NCBI GenBank assembly: GCA_035477115.1
Contig: DATIKW010000039.1
Location: 19,405 to 83,404 of the forward strand
Direction: 5' to 3'
Origin: Bacillota bacterium
GTDB lineage: Bacteria > Bacillota > Sulfobacillia > UBA995
DNA: 64,000 bases
A program made the translations under genes and the position numbers. Shown here piece by piece: positions 61,158 to 64,000 of this stretch. Position 1 is the first letter of the stretch. Every line of letters begins with the position of its first letter. Under the pieces are notes generated by a model. The model made no database searches, was not told the origin of the DNA, and saw only the letters and a program-made list of their open reading frames with translations.

Positions 61158-62170
61158 CCGACCTTCACCTCCCAGCGAGCGGCCGCGCCGGCCGCAGCCG
61201 CGGTCGCGGCAGCCCGACCGTGAGCAATGCTGTCGGCCAGGGTGCGCGGTTTCTGGCAGCAACCGGCCAGGAACACCCCCGGCCGGGACGATAGCCAGTT
61301 GGCGCCGGGTTGGCCGGCGAAGAAACCGGCGGCATCCAGGTTGATCCCCAGCGCCCGGGCCAGGGCCGGGGCGTCGGGGCGCGGCCAGATGCCTACGGAC
61401 AGGACCACGCCGTCGAATGCCTCGCGGCTCACGGCCGCCTGGCGGACATCGTCGTACACCAGCGTGAGCCGGCCGTCCGCTTGGCCGACCCGGGCGGGTA
61501 TCCCCTGGACCAGCCGGATCTTCTCCCGCGCCTGCTCATACAGGTTGTGGGTGATGCGCCCGGCGGTCTGCAGGTCATTATAGAAAATGCTGATTTTGAG
61601 GTCAGGGCGATCGACCAGCAGGCCGAGCGCCAAGCGCAACGCGTAAGGACAACACACCTCCGAGCAGTAGTCCCGGCCTCGCGCCGGGCAGCGCGAGCCC
61701 ACACACTGCACGAAAGCGAGTTGCCCCCCGGTCGGCGGCTCGCCCCTCCGGACCGCCTGCTCCAGGTCGGTGCCGGTCAGGACGCCGGGCAGCCGCCCAT
61801 AGCCCAGGTCGGGCCATTCGGCGGCGGGGGCCGGCGTCATCCCCGAAGCCACGATGATCGCCTCGGCCTCCAGGACGCCGTCGCTCAACTCGACGCGAAA
61901 TGCGCCCGGCCGACCCTCCAAGGCCTGGAGGGTCGTGCCCGTCCGCACGGTGGCGGCGGATGCGGCGAGTTCCTCCCGGAGATCGGACACGAGGCACACG
62001 CCGCAGTGCAGGCAGCGGTCGGTGGCCTTGCAGGCGTAAGCAATCGCCTGGCCGCCGAGCCGTGGTTCGCGCTCGACCAGGATGACCTCACAGCCCAGTT
62101 GGCCGGCGGCGACGGCGGCAGCCATCCCCGCCACGCCTCCTCCTATCACCAGTATCCTCTCAGCAACCAA
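61154..62170 (-). CDS. HdrA-like FAD oxidoreductase (half-HdrA, N-type)
   Basis: ILVIGGGVAGMAAAVAAGQLG, CLHCGVC and CVGSRCPARGRDYCSEVCC (the HdrA CSxVCC-type motif). Confidence 0.7.
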   Translation of the reverse strand: MVAERILVIGGGVAGMAAAVAAGQLGCEVILVEREPRLGGQAIAYACKATDRCLHCGVCLVSDLREELAASAATVRTGTTLQALEGRPGAFRVELSDGVLEAEAIIVASGMTPAPAAEWPDLGYGRLPGVLTGTDLEQAVRRGEPPTGGQLAFVQCVGSRCPARGRDYCSEVCCPYALRLALGLLVDRPDLKISIFYNDLQTAGRITHNLYEQAREKIRLVQGIPARVGQADGRLTLVYDDVRQAAVSREAFDGVVLSVGIWPRPDAPALARALGINLDAAGFFAGQPGANWLSSRPGVFLAGCCQKPRTLADSIAHGRAAATAAAAGAAARWEVKVG

Positions 62171-62200
62171 GGCGCGGCCCCCTTCCGCGGCAATTCCCGT

Positions 62201-62968
62201 TCAATCCGAGGTACGGCCGTCCGTCAAGCCCGCCCGAGCGGCGACGGCCCGGACCGCCTGCAGGGCGGCCGAATCCGCCGGCAGCCGGGCCAGCGGTTCC
62301 CCATGGAGGTCGAGGTCGGCCACGTCCCGGTCGTCGGGGATGAAACCGCCAACTTCTAGACCGGTCGCCGCGATGGCATCCTCCAGCGGACGCCGGTCGA
62401 TCACCCGGTTGACCACCAGCCACACCCGACCCGGCTTCAACCCGATCTCGTCGACCAGTTCCCGGATGCGGCCGGCCGTGCGCAAGCCCCGGACGGTGGC
62501 GTCGCTCAGCACGAAGGTCATGTCCATGTCCTGCGCCACGCGGCGCGACAGATGCTCCATGCCCGCCTCGTTGTCTACGACCAGGAAGTCGTAGTCGCGA
62601 GCCAGCGCCCCCAGGTGGTTGCGGATGAGGTCATTGGGGAAGCAGTAGCAGCCGGGCCCTTCGGGCGTGCCCATGCTCAGGAGGTCCAGCCGCGGCGTCT
62701 CCACCAGCACCGAGCGGAGCCGGTATTCGATGAGCTGGCTCTTGGGCATGCCGGCCGGGGGAGGTCCGGGAGCCTTCACCTCCTCCAGCACGTCGGCCAC
62801 CGTCCGGGGGACGGCGATCCCCAGCGCCTCGTGCAAGTTGGAGTTGGGGTCGGCGTCCACGGCCAGGATGGTGCCCCCGGTCCCTTCCTGCAGGGTCCGG
62901 ATGAGCATGGCGGCGAAGCTCGTCTTGCCGGTGCCGCCCTTGCCCGCGATCGCTACCCGTACGGGCAT
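62201..62968 (-). CDS. cooC: CooC-type Ni-insertion ATPase (CO dehydrogenase maturation factor), copy 1
   Basis: MPVRVAIAGKGGTGKTS deviant Walker A, and the CYCFPN Cys motif typical of CooC/AcsF. Start trimmed to the ATG at 62968 behind GGGGAGGGA. Confidence 0.85.
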   Translation of the reverse strand: MPVRVAIAGKGGTGKTSFAAMLIRTLQEGTGGTILAVDADPNSNLHEALGIAVPRTVADVLEEVKAPGPPPAGMPKSQLIEYRLRSVLVETPRLDLLSMGTPEGPGCYCFPNDLIRNHLGALARDYDFLVVDNEAGMEHLSRRVAQDMDMTFVLSDATVRGLRTAGRIRELVDEIGLKPGRVWLVVNRVIDRRPLEDAIAATGLEVGGFIPDDRDVADLDLHGEPLARLPADSAALQAVRAVAARAGLTDGRTSD

Positions 62969-62970
62969 CG

Positions 62971-63756
62971 TTACTCCCTCCCCGGGGTCTCTCCCATCAT
63001 CTCCAGCACCCGCCGGCCCACTTCCTGCACGTCGGCCCACAGTTCGGGAGCGGCGACCGGCGGCGGCCCTCCCGGCCCGGCGATGGACCGTTCCAGCACC
63101 GCTTCATCGTGGCGGAGATGACCGAGGACCTCGATGCCGTCCAGGCGTGACTCCAGGAAAGCCCGTTCGGCGGCGTTGCGGAGCTTGTTGCCTACGACCG
63201 CTACCCGCGGGATGCCCAGGTCGGCCGCAAGGCGGGCGATGGTCCCGGCGGACTTCACGCCGGCCGGGCTGGGCTCACTGACGATGATCAGGAGGTCAAC
63301 GCCGCGGGCGGTACCCCGGGTGAAGCCCTCAATCCCCGCCCCCATGTCCATCACCACCTGGTCCTGTCTCCCCAGGAACAACGCGGTGACCACGGCTCGC
63401 AAGAAACTGGCCTCGCTGCAATAACATTCGCTGCCCCCCGGCTTCACCGCCCCCATGCGCAGCAGCCGGATGTTGCCGTGCCGCACCGAATAGCGGTCGA
63501 GCAGGTCGTCGACCCGGGGATTCAACACGAAGAACAGGCCGCTGCCCGCCCGGTCCTTGACGACCTCCTGCATCTCGATCAGCGGGACCAGACCATCGAG
63601 CGACGCGGGTGGGAAACCGAGGGCGAGACCCAGGCTGGCATCGGGGTCGGCGTCGACCGCATACACCTGATAGCCCTGACCGGCGAGGAACAAACACAAT
63701 CCCGCAGCCAGGGTGGTCTTCCCCGAACCGCCTTTTCCGCCGATGGCCAGTTTCAT
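62971..63756 (-). CDS. cooC: CooC-type Ni-insertion ATPase, copy 2
   Basis: MKLAIGGKGGSGKTT, and the ECYCSEASF Cys motif. Confidence 0.85.
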   Translation of the reverse strand: MKLAIGGKGGSGKTTLAAGLCLFLAGQGYQVYAVDADPDASLGLALGFPPASLDGLVPLIEMQEVVKDRAGSGLFFVLNPRVDDLLDRYSVRHGNIRLLRMGAVKPGGSECYCSEASFLRAVVTALFLGRQDQVVMDMGAGIEGFTRGTARGVDLLIIVSEPSPAGVKSAGTIARLAADLGIPRVAVVGNKLRNAAERAFLESRLDGIEVLGHLRHDEAVLERSIAGPGGPPPVAAPELWADVQEVGRRVLEMMGETPGRE

Positions 63757-63837
63757 CGCATGGCGATGCCCCTTATCCGGTCATCGTTCACTATCAGGGT
63801 ACCATGAAGTGAGGCTTCCAGGCCGGAAGGCCGAACA

Positions 63838-64000
63838 TTAAGTCTTCGGCAAGGCGCGGATGAGAGCGGACAGGGCATCGCCCGCCACCCCCGCCAGGTC
63901 CTCCGTGGCCAGGTGGGCGGGCGCGGTCGCGTCGAACAATACGTTGCCGGCGGGTCCCGTCACCGCGTCGCCGCCCCACAGGACGAAGGCCACCGGCAGC
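63838..64000 (-). CDS. 3' end of an unidentified gene continuing beyond the window (C-terminus ...LPVAFVLWGGDAVTGPAGNVLFDATAPAHLATEDLAGVAGDALSALIRALPKT*)
   Basis: Own translation of the minus strand with a TAA stop about 63838-63840. Absent from the track because it lacks an in-window start. Sits directly upstream of the cooC pair, so a Wood-Ljungdahl/CODH-associated function is plausible but not demonstrable from 54 residues. Confidence 0.4.
   Translation of the reverse strand, partial: LPVAFVLWGGDAVTGPAGNVLFDATAPAHLATEDLAGVAGDALSALIRALPKT

Overview
This window is high-GC (roughly 68-70% by eye), gene-dense chromosomal DNA from what looks like a spore-forming, anaerobic, Firmicutes-like thermophile. 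The evidence is a GerM-type sporulation lipoprotein plus Wood-Ljungdahl accessory genes (metV/metF, two cooC, a RACo-like corrinoid activator). About 85% of genes are on the minus strand. I see no rRNA, tRNA, CRISPR array, integrase or transposase.

Contents, start to end:
- 1-2202: a partial tandem BadF/BcrA-type CoA-enzyme activase that runs off the 5' edge, so it is missing from the ORF track.
- 2324-4037: psd and a YbdK-like carboxylate-amine ligase.
- 4533-8537: a nitroreductase lipoprotein, an RseC-like protein, pmbA and tldD.
- 8738-11236: copA with two heavy-metal-binding (HMA) domains.
- 11226-16747: an epimerase, a YhgE/Pip-like secreted repeat protein, an MMPL transporter and a TetR regulator.
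- 17009-20710 and 23615-26064: two paralogous ABC-exporter loci (ATPase plus 12-TM permease), the first with an SPFH protein and an RHH regulator.
- 21006-22520: a tandem-duplicated pair of cupin genes with conserved 5' leaders.
- 22458-23612: a YcaQ-like winged-helix protein.
- 26219-30460: a 1413-aa secreted S8 subtilase.
- 30724-33713: LysE, bacterioferritin and a RACo-like protein.
- 33739-39296: a GerM lipoprotein, sucD, sucC, a malic enzyme and a class I fumarase (beta and alpha subunits).
- 39665-40126: a hicAB toxin-antitoxin pair.
- 40402-49837: sirC, an M24 peptidase, a TGS GTPase, sbcD/yhaN-like repair genes, an MBL hydrolase and an FAD oxidase.
- 49873-63756: a 14-gene, mostly translationally coupled minus-strand operon: cooC2, cooC1, two half-HdrA genes, mvhD-like, hdrC-like, a 1467-aa HdrA-GltD-HdrA fusion (HdrL-like), mvhD (flxD-like), flxC-, flxB- and flxA-like genes, metV and metF.
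- 63838-64000: a partial CDS that continues past the 3' edge.

A 29-bp palindromic element, GGGGCGGGTTCGGAACCCGCCCCTAC, recurs in at least three intergenic regions.

The most interesting region is the flx/hdr/metVF operon. It has no CCG-domain HdrB, and I read it as a candidate flavin-based electron-bifurcating methylene-THF reductase module of unusual composition.

Caveats: coordinates follow the ORF track (stop codon included, alternative start codons shown as M). Trimmed starts were placed by counting amino acids back from the track's ORF ends and may be off by a few codons.
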